Below, piece by piece: positions 39,001 through 53,589 of a stretch of 64,000 nucleotides of DNA. The translations under genes and the position numbers were made by a program. Location of the stretch: contig NC_058379.1 in assembly GCF_018350175.1 (NCBI RefSeq), positions 29,760,001 to 29,824,000 of the forward strand, given 5' to 3'. The notes under the pieces are model-generated. The model made no database searches, had not been told where the DNA came from, and worked only from the letters and a program-made list of their open reading frames with translations. The stretch's first letter is position 1. Each line of letters starts with the position of its first letter. The DNA is from Felis catus (lineage: Eukaryota).

Positions 39001-39846
39001 AGAAATGTGAAAAGAAAGGACTAGGTTCTGCTCACGCTTTGAAAAGTACCTGGTCTTACCATAGTTCTGTGAGGACCCGTCAACTATTCAGAAAGGGGGT
39101 CTCATTCCCCACGTTCCATAAATTGTTGAAAGGAGGGAGGAGAGGGTGGGGGGAGGAGGAGGACAAAGTGCATATTCCAAAATGCAAGAACCTCATAAAA
39201 CAGTGGAGAGAAGCTGGGAGTGGAGAGAGCGTCTGGGCGGGTGGCCAGGAACTCCCTGTGGTTTGCTCAGAAGGGGCAAACCAGGTTGGCTGAAATGGGG
39301 GCTTATGTGCAGAAAAGCCCCTGCAGGTTGGTTTTAAGGAGAGTGGTGACATGTGCAAAGAGATGCTTTAAGAAAATCGATTTGGCTGGGGTGTGCAGAG
39401 GCACACGGAAAGAGACAGCAAAGGTAGGACCCAGATGACTGCCCAATAAGGAGAGGATGAGGCCGGGCCCAGGTAAGGCCAAATAAGGGATGACCGAGGA
39501 GGTAGATCTAGGGGAGGGGTCTGCTGTCCCACCCACGCTGAACAGGCGTCTTGATTCTCTCTGCACTCATGGTAAATGACTGAAGACCCTCAGCACGGGC
39601 CACCTGCAGGAGACAGCCAGGGGCCACCCAGTCAGGCCAGTCTAGCTAGTGGTACAGCGGGTTCTAGGGGACCTGACCAACTGGCGGTGCTATGTTTCAC
39701 ACACTCCTTCAAGGAGAAGAGCTGGACGGGAGCAACTGCTGTTCTCCAGGCTGGGACTCCCACTGTGATCCCCCAGCTGGAGACCAGTCCTCTGAAAATT
39801 CCTAGCCTGCCAAGTCCCACTTACTAACAACTATGACTTGCTCATT

Positions 39847-39852
39847 TTTATT
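39847..39852 (-). other. Candidate poly(A) signal of ZNF70
   Basis: TTTATT (AATAAA on the minus strand) about 1.8 kb downstream of the ZNF70 stop codon. Confidence 0.4.
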
Positions 39853-41656
39853 CATCAAAACTATACATAACTGCCAAGCCAACCCCTTGATTAGCTGAAA
39901 TAGCCAGCATTACCATGATGGGGTTATGGGATTCCAGCCATCAACTTTTGGAAAACTTCAAGATAGCTCAGACTGCCTCTAAGGAGCCTGGGGGAAAGTA
40001 GCACCAAAGAGATCCCAGTGGCCAAATGAAGGCCTGAGCACCTGGGACACTTACCAACTAGCCAGACACAGCACTGCCTAAGCCATTCCTGGGGGATGGG
40101 AGGCATGGGGACTGAGACAGAACTGCCACCTTCAAGCTCTGCTCATGGCAAGCAGGCCTGACATTTGGGTGACGCTAGGGTTGCACGGATGCCCAGCAGA
40201 GGGCTCACACCCTGGCCGGAATGCCCTAATCACCTGGGAAGCTTTAAAAACACACCCCTGTCTGAGCCCCTCCTCTGGGGATGCCGACTGAGTTGGTCTT
40301 GGCAGGACACAGGCGATGGTACTTCTGGAACAATACCTAGGGAGAGGACAGCCCGAAGCATGGGACACAGGCCACACAGACCATGCTGCTGCTAGGGGGA
40401 GGTTCAGGATGGCATCTGGGAAGGGTCCCTGTCTGGGACAAGGCCCAGGGTGCAGGCTGGAGGGAGTGAAGGAAAGCCTAAGCTCTGGTTTAATGGGAGG
40501 GCCTGCTGTGAGCCCGGCCACCTGGAAAACAGACAGGGTTGCCTTTCAGATCTCTGAGTGGGACAAGGGTCACACTGGGTCTCCACCCACCTTCAACTGC
40601 CAGTCGCCAAAGCACTTTCATGGGTGGTTTCATGGCGAACAGGAGCCTTGGACCCTCAGAGGTACGTGGCCAGGTCCCACCATCCGCATCTCACAGATAG
40701 GGAAACCGAGCCTTGGAGCCTCCTCAAGGCCACTGGAATAGGAGGGGCAGAACTGGGACCTCTGACTGAATCGCCCTGCTTCCTATGTCCCCCAGCACTG
40801 GAAGCCAGACCAGACACGGGCCCTGCTGACAACCAAGGCATACCATGGTCTTGGGGGACCTGGGTCTTATAGAGGGGTTATCACTGGAGGGCACTAATTC
40901 CTTGTGCCAGGCTGAGTCCAAGGCAGTGTCAAACATCCTCTGGCCCATGGAATGAAACCTCAACCCTCTTGTGAAAGAGCCACCTGCCAAAGACCAACCT
41001 CACTCTAATCCAGAACAGAGATTAAAACACCACACCAGGGACTTGCCACCCTCTCCCTCAACCCCAGAACGAATGCTTCCAGACCCTCCCTTTCTTCTGT
41101 AGCCTGTTTCGGTTGTCCCCACCAATGCCCAAGCCAGGTGAAAGATTCCATTTTGCTGCTAATGTATCTACTTTTGGATTCATCTTCCTTCAGCTGATTT
41201 GGACTATGAGCAGAGTTCTGTCTTCTAAAAGTGCCAAACTGCCCTGATGTTAAAAGAGTTCACCTGACATTCTTGTGTGTTTAACTCAACTTTCTCCCTC
41301 TGGCGTTCATTCTTCTGAATTTTGGCAAAGGTGAAGAGACGGCAAAATTCAGTCTCCTGGGCTTGGGAGTCAAACATGAACAATTGAAGGCCAGCTCTCT
41401 TTTTTGGGCAGGCCTCCATTTTAGCAGCTTTCCTGTTAGTTTACCCTCCCTTCCACTCCATAAACCTGCTGAGTGTGGGGCACCCAGCTGGCCAAGAGGG
41501 GGCCTTGCTGCTAGTGTGGATGGCCAGGAGCACCTAGGTTGACACATTTCTTTTTGGCCCTGGGATCAGGGGGGTGGGTGGGGTCTCAGAGACAAAGCTA
41601 TGGGGTGTGGGCTCCATCTGGGAAAGGGTTTCGAGCTTTGGTGTGAGCTCTTCTTT

Positions 41657-43054
<1,398 letters not shown>

Positions 43055-45019
43055 TTAAGGACACGCTTACTGTTCTCGTCACCTGGGAAGAAACCAAGGG
43101 ACACTGTCAAGTCTGCAAATCTGAAAAGAAACCAAGGGACATTGTCAAGTCTGCAAATCAAGTACCTAGTAAGTGCCTCCTTCCTGTGTCATATTCTATC
43201 GTGGACATAACAAAATAAGCAGAAGATACAATTTTGCCCTTGAGATGATCCCCACTGAATTAGCAAACAGTTTGATTTATCAGAAACAACTACAGGGGTG
43301 CCTGAGTGGCTCAGTTGTTGAGCGTCCAACTTCGGCTCAGATCATGATCTCACAGTTTGTGAGTTAGAGCCCCGCATCGGGCTTGCTGCTGTCAGTATAG
43401 AGNNNNNNNNNNNNNNNNNNNNNNNNNNNNNNNNNNNNNNNNNNNNNNNNNNNNNNNNNNNNNNNNNNNNNNNNNNNNNNNNNNNNNNNNNNNNNNNNNN
43501 NNNNNNNNNNNNNNNNNNNNNNNNNNNNNNNNNNNNNNNNATCAAGTGCCACATTGTAGTGTCTAGAATCGAAAGGCTGAGGTTGTTCTGAAAGGCGGAC
43601 TAGAATAGGAAGTAGAGCCATTGTGGAAAAGGGGCAAGATTCTAGCTACTGGAGGATGTTGGGGGTAGGGGGTTCTGAGGAAGGGCACAGACTTCCCTCC
43701 TACACTAGGTTGGCTGCACCCCCTCCAGCTAGGAGCCTAAGCCACAACACTGGGAGTCAGCCTAGACTTCTCCCTCTCTCACCCCATATGTCTAGTCTGT
43801 CCATTTCCTGAAGCTTTATTAAGAGGTCTCTGCCTGTCTGTCAGGTCACAGCTCAGGCCTCAGTGCAACTCCCCAGGAGTATTTCATTACTGACCACCTA
43901 CCTCCAGCTTCTACTCCCTCTCTCTGGTAGTTCTCTACACTGACACCAGTGTCAAATCCCCAAACACAGGCCTGATCGTCTGTCTCGGGATCTTATAGCA
44001 GTTCAAATCCTTCACAAAGCCCTTCACACCTGGCCCTTCCAGCACCATCTGTAGCCTCTCCTTCCACATAGTCCTTGTTGCTGTTTTCTCCTCCTCCTCT
44101 TCTTTTTTTTTTAAATGTTTATTTATCTTTGAGAGACACAGAGAGAGAAACAGAGCGTGAGCGGGGAGGAACAGAGAGAGAGGGAGACACAGAATCTGAA
44201 ACAGGCTCCAGGCTCTGAGCTGTCAGCACAGAGCCTGATGCGGGGCTCGAACTCATGAGCCGCGAGAACATGACCTGAGCCGAAGTCAGACACTCAACTG
44301 ACTGAGCCATCCAGGCTCCTGCTGCTTCCTCCTCCTAACTGATCCTGCTCCCTTCTCACACTGCCACTGGCTCATCTTTCCAGACTCAGTCCAAATGTCT
44401 TTACTCACCCTACAACTCTCACAATATCAGCACATCCCCTGAGTGGCCCATGGAGCTCAGTGCACATGTCTCTCACAACACCCATGGCCGTGGATGGCAA
44501 ACATCTGCCATCAGGACTCTCGCCACCACTGCCTGAGAGCTCCCTGAGGGCAAGGTACTGTGATCTTTCATTTTGGAATCGCCAGCGCCCCCAGCACAAC
44601 AGGACAAGCTCCACACACATTTGTTGAATAAATACATGACTGAATGGAGGGAAAGCCATCTGTTTTTGTGCTAGAACTGATGGTCACACTTTTTGGGGGG
44701 AAGGGAGCAAATAATTCTTTATTAAATAAATTGTATGGGAGATACCAATAAAGAAAGAAAAACAATGATTCCGATCAACAGGGGTTGTTTCCATAGGGAC
44801 TGCCCATTCGGCACCCCCCATCCCACTATGGTGGCCTCTGAGGGAGCCCCTCAGGATCCCCTTCCGAAATTGCTGTGCAAGCTGAAGGGAAACTCCCCAG
44901 GTACCAGGATAATGATAACAGCTCATGTTTACTGAGCATCTACTATGTGCTAGGCACCACTAGATCTTCTACAGGCAATTTGCATTTAACCCTCACCAAC
45001 TCTACACCCAGGTATTATT

Positions 45020-45240
45020 TAAATTTTTTTTTCAACGTTTATTTATTTTTGGGACAGAGCGAGACAGAGCATGAACGGGGGAGGGGCAGAGAGAGAGGGA
45101 GACACAGAATCGAATCGGAAACAGGCTCCAGGCTCTGAGCCATCAGCCCAGAGCCCGACGCGGGGCTCGAACTCACGGACCGCGAGATCATGACCTGGCT
45201 GAAGTCGGACGCCCAACCGACTGCGCCACCCAGGCGCCCC
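45020..45240 (-). mobile_element. Young feline SINEC in the ZNF70 intron
   Basis: TSD ...ACCCAGGTATTATT. Confidence 0.9.
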
Positions 45241-46539
45241 TATACCCAGGTATTATTAACGGTACACTGAAGCGTGGAGAATGAGCTGCTCAAAAGACAT
45301 GCCATGCTAAATTAATCAGCATAGTCACAATGGAACTCATTTCTATTTGGAAACTTTTGTTTTGTTTTGTTTTAAATGAATTTCCAGGGGGTAAAAAAGC
45401 CCGGTGTAAAAAGAAGCATAGAACTGAAGGATTCTCAAAAATTCTTTGACCACTTAACTCCCCTCCCCCTCCTCTTCAGGAACCATAATCTCCAGTCCTT
45501 CAGGCTCTCTAAATCCATCTCATCAGGTCAAACAACCCAACAATTTCACCCAGGTTCTCTTCTTTTAGTCCACCCTCCCCTGTCTAGCTTAGACTCTATC
45601 ATGGATCTAACAACTATGGACTCTGACCAGCATCACGTTCCTCACCTCCTTGCCCTGCTGTAACCAGCTGCCAACTACCAACCTCCTCCATCAATTCCTC
45701 CTAAGATGTTAAATGTTGCCAAAGAAAATCATACGACTGTGTACTGCACTGAGACAGATTTCAAGTTTCCAGTTTCAGCAGGGTCTTCAGCTGTCGCATC
45801 CAATGACCTCCTTATGGCCAATCCCTCTCTTCTCAGACTTCACTTTCCCACCCCTTTTGGCAATGCTCACCAATAGCTCCCTTCTCAAAACCCTTCATTT
45901 CAGAAGTTGCAAATTGGCAGCCTGGGGATCCTGCCACAGACGCGTTTTGCTTGGCTCGCAAAGAGTTGAACTTTTCCTTTTTGTTTGACTTAGCTGCCAA
46001 TACTGAAAACTCAGTAAGTTTCAGGCTTTCTCTTGAAAACCTGGGAGATGTGATAATACAGGTCCACCCCCTCATTAAACCCTCCTTGCCTACTACCTGA
46101 ACACCTCAAGGTTTTGAATCACCCACCCCCACTCCCACCCCCTGCTTTATTCCCTTCGTTTCTGAAAGTTTTCCCCCTAGTTTTAATGCTTTCTGGTTAT
46201 TTTTTTCTTGGGTATCTGTGATTGCAACTCTTCCTCCTCCCACCTGTTAAATCCTGGTGTTTCTAAAGTTCCCTCCTTAGGGGTTTTCCATTCCCATTAC
46301 GGACCACCTATACGCTGACGTTCCCACTCTGTTTAGAAAGTTGGCAATCCTTTAACTGTCCTCAACAATGTTTTAAATATTTTTGGGCCGAAGATCCAAA
46401 GGTCTGGGACCCCATCTTCCCACCTCTCTCAGGGTCTTCTTCGGCTCCTCTTGCATCTGTCACCCTATGCTTCAGGGAGCCCCCAGGGCCTGGGCACTGG
46501 GGATACCCTCGGACCGGTCAGGGTTTCCTGGTTTGAGGC

Positions 46540-47120
46540 CCTCGAGCGGCCGCCGACACGCACACGCCACGCAAGCGGCGACGCTGGAGCCCCTACATGC
46601 TTCCCGCCGATGGGGGACGCCCACACCCGGGGCCACCGGAGGGGCAGGTGGTCACACTGGCTGACGCGGAGCCACTCACCTGGGTCGGGGCGGGGCCGCT
46701 CACCTGGGCCGGGGCGGGGCCGCGGGCGGGCGGGGCGGGGCCGCACCTGAGCTGCTCCAACCCGCGGCCGACCCGGCCTCACTCCGTGGCGGCTGCTGAC
46801 GCGGAGCCCGCGGCGGCCCGAGCGCCCGGAGCCCCGCCCCCGCCCGCGGGCACTTCCGGGACCGCTCTAGGCCGCGCGGAGGTCCTCGCGTCTCGGTGGT
46901 CCCGCCGTGCCTGTAGTCCTCCGCTTAGCCGCTCTGGCTTGGGGCACAAGGTCTGGGAATGGTCCCCGGTCCGTTCTCAAAGCGCTTCCTGGTCGTGGGG
47001 GAAACAGCTGGGCAGGCGTTGGCGGGAGTGAAGAAGAGGAAACTGAGACCGGGAGGGGCAGGCCGGCCTAAAGCCACAGGCCGAGGGTCGAGTTCCGGCT
47101 GCACTTGCCCTGAGGGTGGG
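46540..47120 (-). promoter_or_regulatory. ZNF70: CpG island promoter and non-coding exon 1 of ZNF70
   Basis: CpG-dense with many GGGGCGGGG boxes and an ETS motif (ACTTCCGG ~46852). Minus-strand donors CAG|GTGAG and CAG|GTGCG at ~46679, ~46703 and ~46746. Confidence 0.75.
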
Positions 47121-48195
47121 GGCAAGCCAGAGGACACTGGGGCTGCTGGGGTTTTCGGGAGAAGGGAAGGTGTTCCCAAAGCTGTGGAGCCCGTTACCCC
47201 GCACAGGCCCAGGGGGCCTGTTTGATTCACCCTCCCTAAGTAGCCTTGGTCTTGATTGCCCAGCCGGTACCAATAGAGACTGAGATATGGAGAAGTGGCC
47301 CGGTGAGGACCCAGGAGGCTGGGAGTGTGGGCGGGACTCTCTCTGTTCCCTGGAGACCCCCAACTCCAGTACATCTGAGGGATGAATGACCTCCGGACAT
47401 AAGGCGCCTGTTGGGGGAACCAGGATGGAAGAGGAGTATGTGCCTGAACCCCACCCGCCCAACCCATACCCAGACGCTCAGCTCCGCTTCTGATAAGAAT
47501 TGCCCCTCTACCCAGTGCTCCCTGTTGGGCTCAGTTGCTCAGGTAAGGCCTTCCCTGCCTGTGGGAGAGCCTGGAGTGGGGAGAGGGGCATAGCCCCTAT
47601 CACTGGAGACCAGTGGAACACATGTTCCTGACAGGAGAGATGCTGCCCACCTGTGTTCAGTACCTTCTGACCTGGTCCACAGGTGCCTCTGAGTACCCCC
47701 CCCACCCCCACACACACACCCCTGCCTCCCTGCCCGGTCAGGGAGTAGGCAGGAGCTCCCCACCGCCCTCCAAGCTAACAGCCTGGGCTCCATGAGAACC
47801 CAGTCCAGTCACCCCTTGAGTGTTGGACCACAACCTGCCATGCGGAACTAGGAGCAGCAAGGGCTGGTTCCTTTTTCTCTTTCTCCAGTTCCTCAGGTAA
47901 CAGGAAGCCCAGGCCACCAGTCTGAGTCCCCTGGGGGCCAGTGGAGAGGCTGGGCCCGCCTCAAGGGTCTCAGGTGCTTCCTCTTCTGTAACAATCCCCT
48001 GTATCCCTACCCCCACACTCCCAGTCACTCTTTCAGCAGGGATCTCATGGTTCTCAGAATAGTTAATTGTTCATGTTTAATATTACTAACCCATCTTACA
48101 GAGGAGGAAAATCAAGATTCAGAGAAAGTTAGGGGCCCAAGGTCAGGGTGCAGATGTGAGAGGCAGTCAAGAGGCGCTCATCCCACAGTCTACTC

Positions 48196-48500
48196 CTAGG
48201 ATATGTAACCCACAGAGCAGTAATAATCTGCATCATCCTCAGGCTGCACAGGGCTGATGGTCAGAATGCAGGCGTTGTGGGCGGCGTCCGTGGCTGCTGA
48301 GAAGCGGTCAGGGATGTCAGGGGGCCGGTGGTAGTCCTCCTCTGAGCGGTAGTAGAGGAGGTGTCGGGGGGCACTGCCTGCCCGTTGCTGATACCAAGAC
48401 ACGCCGTACTCCCCAATGATGGCATGGCGGGGGCTGAGAATGCAGGAGAGTTGGGCCACTTGACCTGGGAAGACAAGCAGTGCATCCGGCTGGGCCAAGC
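48196..48500 (-). CDS. VPREB3: VPREB3 exon 2 (Ig V-like domain); spliced protein about 117 aa
   Basis: (G)LAQPDALLVFPGQVAQLSC...GVSWYQQRAGSAP...DIPDRFSAA...QPEDDADYYCSVGYIS*. The first AG after the (TC)n tract is at 48501-02 and is in frame. ATTAAA at 48076-81. Confidence 0.93.
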
Positions 48501-49229
48501 CTGGTTGAAAGAGAGAGAGAGAGAGAGAGACACCCATGGGCTCAGGCCTGACATGGGCTCCTTTTTTTCCTGCCCCAACCTTGTGAAGGCTCCACGGAGA
48601 CTGACTCCCAAAAGGCCCATAGCCCAGTGCCATGGATTCGAGGTTGGAATGGGGCACAGAGTTGGTGACTGTTAAATCCTCATTGGTGGTATGTTCCCAA
48701 GGATCTGTGTTCAGTTGAGTGCCTAGAGTTCAGAGGGTGGGACTGGTGGCCTCTGGGTCCTTCTTCTGCCCACCCCCATTCCTTGCCCTGCAGACCCCTA
48801 CCCCTCAGTCACACTGGCTCTTCCAAACCCTGGCTATGGATTAACCACCACCAGGAAGCCTCCTGGGCTGTCCCACCCATCGACTCAACCTCAGACAACT
48901 GGCTGCTGGGAATCTTCTCAAGGATAGGTTGTCCCTGAGGCCCTGTAGGGTAGCTTCCCCTGTGAAAAACTAAAAAGACCCCAAAGAATCTGAATCCAAA
49001 GGGATCCTAACAATCTCGTCATTCACAAATGGGGAAACTGAGGCCCATACAGATATGTGACTTGCCCCAGGTCTAGGGCAGAGCCATCTATAGCCAGTTC
49101 TCCCCTCCACCTTAATGCCTTTTCTAGAACCCTCCCACTGCCCACATTGACTTGTTTCCTTGCAGGGGCCTTCTGGAGCCAGTTCCACCCCACCCCATCC
49201 CAGGTGAGCCAGGCCTAGGGAGAGCTCAC

Positions 49230-49278
49230 CTGACAGGAGGGCCCCAGTCAGAAGAAGGGCCAGATGCCAGCAGGCCAT
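49230..49278 (-). CDS. VPREB3: V-set pre-B cell surrogate light chain 3, exon 1 (signal peptide)
   Basis: ATG at 49278; MACWHLALLLTGALLS + G, then donor GTGAG (phase 1). Confidence 0.92.
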
Positions 49279-50101
49279 GGCCAGAGGCAAGGAGGCAGAC
49301 AGGAGTTGTTCTGTTGGGAGTGTTCCAGGTGCTTCAGAGCACAGGCAGGGGAAGCCCCTGGACCATGACAAGGCATGCAAATCAGCCCATTAACTGGGGG
49401 TGGGAACTTGGGGGTATAGTAGCTGGAGCCCAACAGCTGGCCCTATCTTCCCAGATGTCTTTGGGGTCCTGGCCCACAGGGACTTCCGAGGAGCCTGGAA
49501 ATCTACACATATGCCCGTATGTGTGTTATAGCAGGTAGATCCCTTTTTATTGAGGTGTAACTCACATGAGGTAAAGTTCACAGATTTTAAGTGTATGGCT
49601 TGATGACTATACCATTCTTCTGTTATTAGACATTTGGGTGCTTTCCAGTCTTTAGCTATTACAACTAAAACCGCTGTGAACATCCCTGTCAATGTGTTTG
49701 GTGCACCTGTGTGTGCTCTCATTTCTTCTGGTAGACACCTGGGGCTGGAGTTGCCTGATGATAGGGAACATGTACATTTCGCTTTAGTAGATTACATAAG
49801 TGTTCCCAACATGGTTGTACCAATCTGCACTGCCACCAGCAGGTAGGAGAGTTCCAGGGACATCCTTGCCAGCACTTGACATGGCCAGTCCCTTTAATTT
49901 GCCAGACAGAGGGGAGCTGACTTCCCAAGTTGGTATTCAAACTTGAATCTCAGAACCTCCTCGTCTTCATGAATTCAGGCAAGTTCCTTGCCCTCTCTGT
50001 GGCTCAGTTTCCTCATTAGGAAAATGAAGATGAGTATAGTGCGAGCCCAAAGGTTGGGAAGAAGCAGACGGGATTTATTTGCTCAGTGCCGGGGACGGTG
50101 T

Positions 50102-50612
50102 GTCTATTAATCATGCCTTGCATTTTCTGTGTTCTGATGCTTTGACATTTGGGGCCTTGCTGACCTTGGAGGGACTCACTGACCCTCTCAGAGCTAGCCA
50201 GTTCCTGAAATAATGCAGGCACTTATCAGATGCAAACCAATCCAGAGCCCACACCCGCAACCACCTCCTCTATGGCTCTCATACCGTGGGGCAATATCAT
50301 CCTGCCTTAGTCACCCAGGGCCAGGTACCTGACATCCAGGGAAAGTCCCTATGCCCCAGAGCCCTGAAATTATTCAAACTAGCCAATTTGGAGCCTGCTT
50401 ACCCTTCCTCCTCTGTTCTTAGCCTCAGAAACCACCAGTAAAGACTCCCCCTCTCCCTCTGCCTGCTGACCTACTGGGTGTTTCCCCATGTGTTCCCCTC
50501 TGGTGCGGCATGCCCCCTCCTTTAGAGATCTGTAGGGAACAAACTATCTTCTCAATGGCAACCTCCTGGTCTGCTGGCCTTGCCATACCTAAATAATAAA
50601 AGTAATTAGAAC
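50102..50612 (+). mobile_element. MER74-like ERVL solo LTR upstream of VPREB3
   Basis: TGATGCTTTGACATTTGGGGCCTTGCTGACC...GAAATTATTCAAACTAGCCAAT...ATACCTAAATAATAAA follows the MER74 consensus as I recall it. Confidence 0.65.
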
Positions 50613-50994
50613 AGTGCACTCTTATTAACTCAAAGACTAGAGAGTTCCCTTGGGGGAACTTTACCTCCAATGGGTCCCATCCCATTCCTAACAACTCCTC
50701 AGGGCATCTCTAAGACACTCAACGTCTGATTCCTCCTTGGTCGCACTGAAGATGAACTCTTGGGACAACCATGATGGTTGTTGGAATTGAGGCTCCCGGG
50801 TTCGGAGTGGCCATTCTTCTGGAATCTGGTTGCAGCCACTCCTGAGCTGTGTTCTGCAGGACACAAGTCCCAGAGATAGTGCTGTCCCGAGAAGAAAGTG
50901 TCCTGTGTTTAAATAGTTTCGGGGAAACACTACCTGTTTCTACAGTACTGAATGTGTACTTTCTGCATGCTGAGACCAAGGTAATATGTTTTTT

Positions 50995-51220
50995 TGTTTT
51001 TTTGTTTTAATTTTTTTTAACGTTTTTATTTATTTTTGAGACAGGCAGAGACAGAGCATGAACAGGGAGGGTCAGAGAGAGGGAGACACAGAATCTGAAA
51101 CAGGCTCCAGGCTCTGAGCTGTCAGCACAGAGCCCGACGCGGGTCTTGAACTCACAGACCCCGAGATCATGACCTGAGCCAAAGTCGGCCGCCTAACCGA
51201 CTGAGCCACCCAGGCGCCCC
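50995..51220 (-). mobile_element. SINEC
   Basis: TSD CAAGGTAATATGTTTT. Confidence 0.88.
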
Positions 51221-52922
51221 TCAAGGTAATATGTTTTAAAGGGTGCCTGGCTGGCTCAGTTGGTAGAACATGCAACTCTTGACCTCAGGGTTGTGACTTC
51301 AAGCCCTGCATTGGGCGTGGAGCCTACTAAATAAACAAAGTGTTACCACATTTAATCCTCACAAGGACTTTGCTGAGTCATGTTCTTAACCCCCTTTCTA
51401 CAGGTGGAAGCACTGAGCTGAGTGCTGAAACAGAGGCAGAGTGTGGTGCTGGGGGAGCCGCACAGAGGATCCAGTCCTCCTCTTGCCTCAGTGGCCCAGA
51501 GGGCAGGACAAACAGCCTAATCACTGTGGGGGAAGGGGGGAGAAGGCATTTCTAAAACCTTGGGGAAAAGGGAGCTGGCACAGGATGGGAGCCTGCTCCA
51601 GACACCTACCTGGCATCCTGGCTGAAGGGGTCTGGTTAGAGGCTCATGGAGAAGGGGCAGGAGACAGAAACGAAGAGGTAGAGACAGAGGGAAAGGCGCT
51701 AGGGGGAAGAAGGAAAGAAGATGATAGAGAAAATGAGAGAAAAAGTTAAAGGATGGGCACGGATTGGCGCAGAAACACAAAAACCTATCTGCACAAAAAT
51801 GTCTGTACTGGCTTTAATCCTAATGGCAAAAAACTGGAAACAATCCAAACAATAGGTGAGTGGATCAACAAACTGTGGCACATCTAGACAATGGGACCTT
51901 TCTCAGCAATAAGAAGGAATGAGCCATTGATACACACAACAACCTGAGTGAATCTCATGCTAAGTGAAAGAAGCCAGACTCAAAAGGCTCCATGCTCTAT
52001 GATTTGTTGTATACAATTCTGGAAAAGGCAGGGGCGGAACACAGAGCAGTGGCTGCCAGGGGCCAGCATTGACTACAACGGGGCATAAAGGAATTTTGGG
52101 GGTGAGGGAAATGATCTGCCTCCCCAGTGTGGTGGTGGCTCTATGCGATTTGTCAGATTTTTGTCACTTTAAGTGAATTTTACTATAAATCATATCTCAA
52201 TAAACTTGATGGAACAAGGAGAGAAGGGAAGAGAGAGGAGGCTGAAGGTGTGGAGGAAAGCAGAGAGGGAAAGGAGAGCAAAGACAGTGAGCACAGGGAA
52301 GAGGGCCTTGAGAAGGTAGGGGAGAGCAAGGTTGGTGAGGATGCCAGGCTTTGGCCATGGCCGCAGCTCATAGTTGGGAGTTTTCCCAGGGACAGGGTCC
52401 TCTCCCACTTTCAGCCTGCGAGCTCCGTCTGTACTGGTGGGGAGATGTGGTCTTGGGCCATCCGTGGGCTACAAGGCTTGAGCCCGAACTCTAGCCCTGC
52501 CTTAGGGAGTGCCCATACTCCAGCCCCAGATCCTGTTACCAGGATACTGTGGGGAAGGCATTTGCTGCCTAGACGACTTGGCAGCTCCCACTGCCATGGA
52601 GACCAGATTGGAAGCTGGGAGGGCCTCAGTCTGCTTTCCGGCTGCTCTGACCCAGAAAGCTGCTCTGACCCAGCAAGCAGGAGGAAGAGGAGGCCAGGCG
52701 TCCTGAACTAGCTGCAGGGACCCCTCTAGGCTGGTGGAGCCCAGCTCCAACGGTGGCCAAGCAAGAACCTAAGCCTGGATCCACCCACTCATTCCCAAAC
52801 ACATATGCACGTTTCCTGGCAGGGCCCCACCCAGAATAGATCTCAGCCCCAGATCCTTCCTTAGGAAGTTGGAGGTTAGGGGATCGAAGCCCACACATCT
52901 GTCTACTCTCCCCTGCAGAGGC

Positions 52923-52947
52923 ATGTTTATCACAGTGATGTTTGGAG
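52923..52947 (+). CDS. C22orf15: C22orf15 orthologue, coding exon 1
   Basis: ATG TTT ATC ACA GTG ATG TTT GGA G|GTAAG = MFITVMFG, resembling human MFIKVMFG. Confidence 0.85.
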
Positions 52948-53589
52948 GTAAGCGGGATCCCCTGTCCTGAGACAGGTAGGGGGAGAGTACATTCAGAGGC
53001 TTGCTTTCCTCCACCCTAGGGGAGGGTGAGGAGGCAGTGTGAGGAAGGGGGGTGCACTTGGGTAAGGGGATGGGGGGTTTAGGGAAACAGCTCTATGAGA
53101 AGACAGAGCAAATGCTTGGAGTCCCTTGAGGGGAAACGCTGGTGGCTGGGTTGTGGGAAATTCCAGTGGGCTCCTCTAGGAGAACACCCACCACAACACC
53201 ACAGGGCATATTGTTAAATTACACAGTCTCTAATTCAGTCAGTTGTCTTCAAGCTTCAGGGCACATTAGGCACCTAAAGCTCTAGCCACAGTTAAAGATT
53301 TCCGGACTTCTGGTGGCAGGTGGGGCTGGGGTAGGAGAATAGGGGGGTCTGGTGCTGGAGACAAGTCCTGTGTAGAGGCGGCGCTGGAGTGGGAGGGGGG
53401 CACCCAATGCAGGAGGCATGAGCTATGTGCCCTGGTCACTGACATCTCAGAAGATGGGTGGAGGAGGGTACAGTCTTAATCTTGGAGACCTGTTCCCTCG
53501 GGTTACAGAAGAGATGAAAGCAAGACAGATGGTCCCAGACTGGGAGAAGCAGAGGGTCCCACTCACTCACCTCTGCCCTGTCCCTACAG

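Noticed and set aside
48503-48657. N-terminal extension of the 153-aa VPREB3 ORF
   Set aside because: Intron sequence; the leader is encoded by exon 1 at 49230-49278.
50665-50853. 189-nt AG/GT-bounded exon-like segment on the minus strand with a protein-like reading (EFIFSATKEESDVECLRDAL)
   Set aside because: All three frames contain a stop and I recognise no homologue; at most a non-coding exon.
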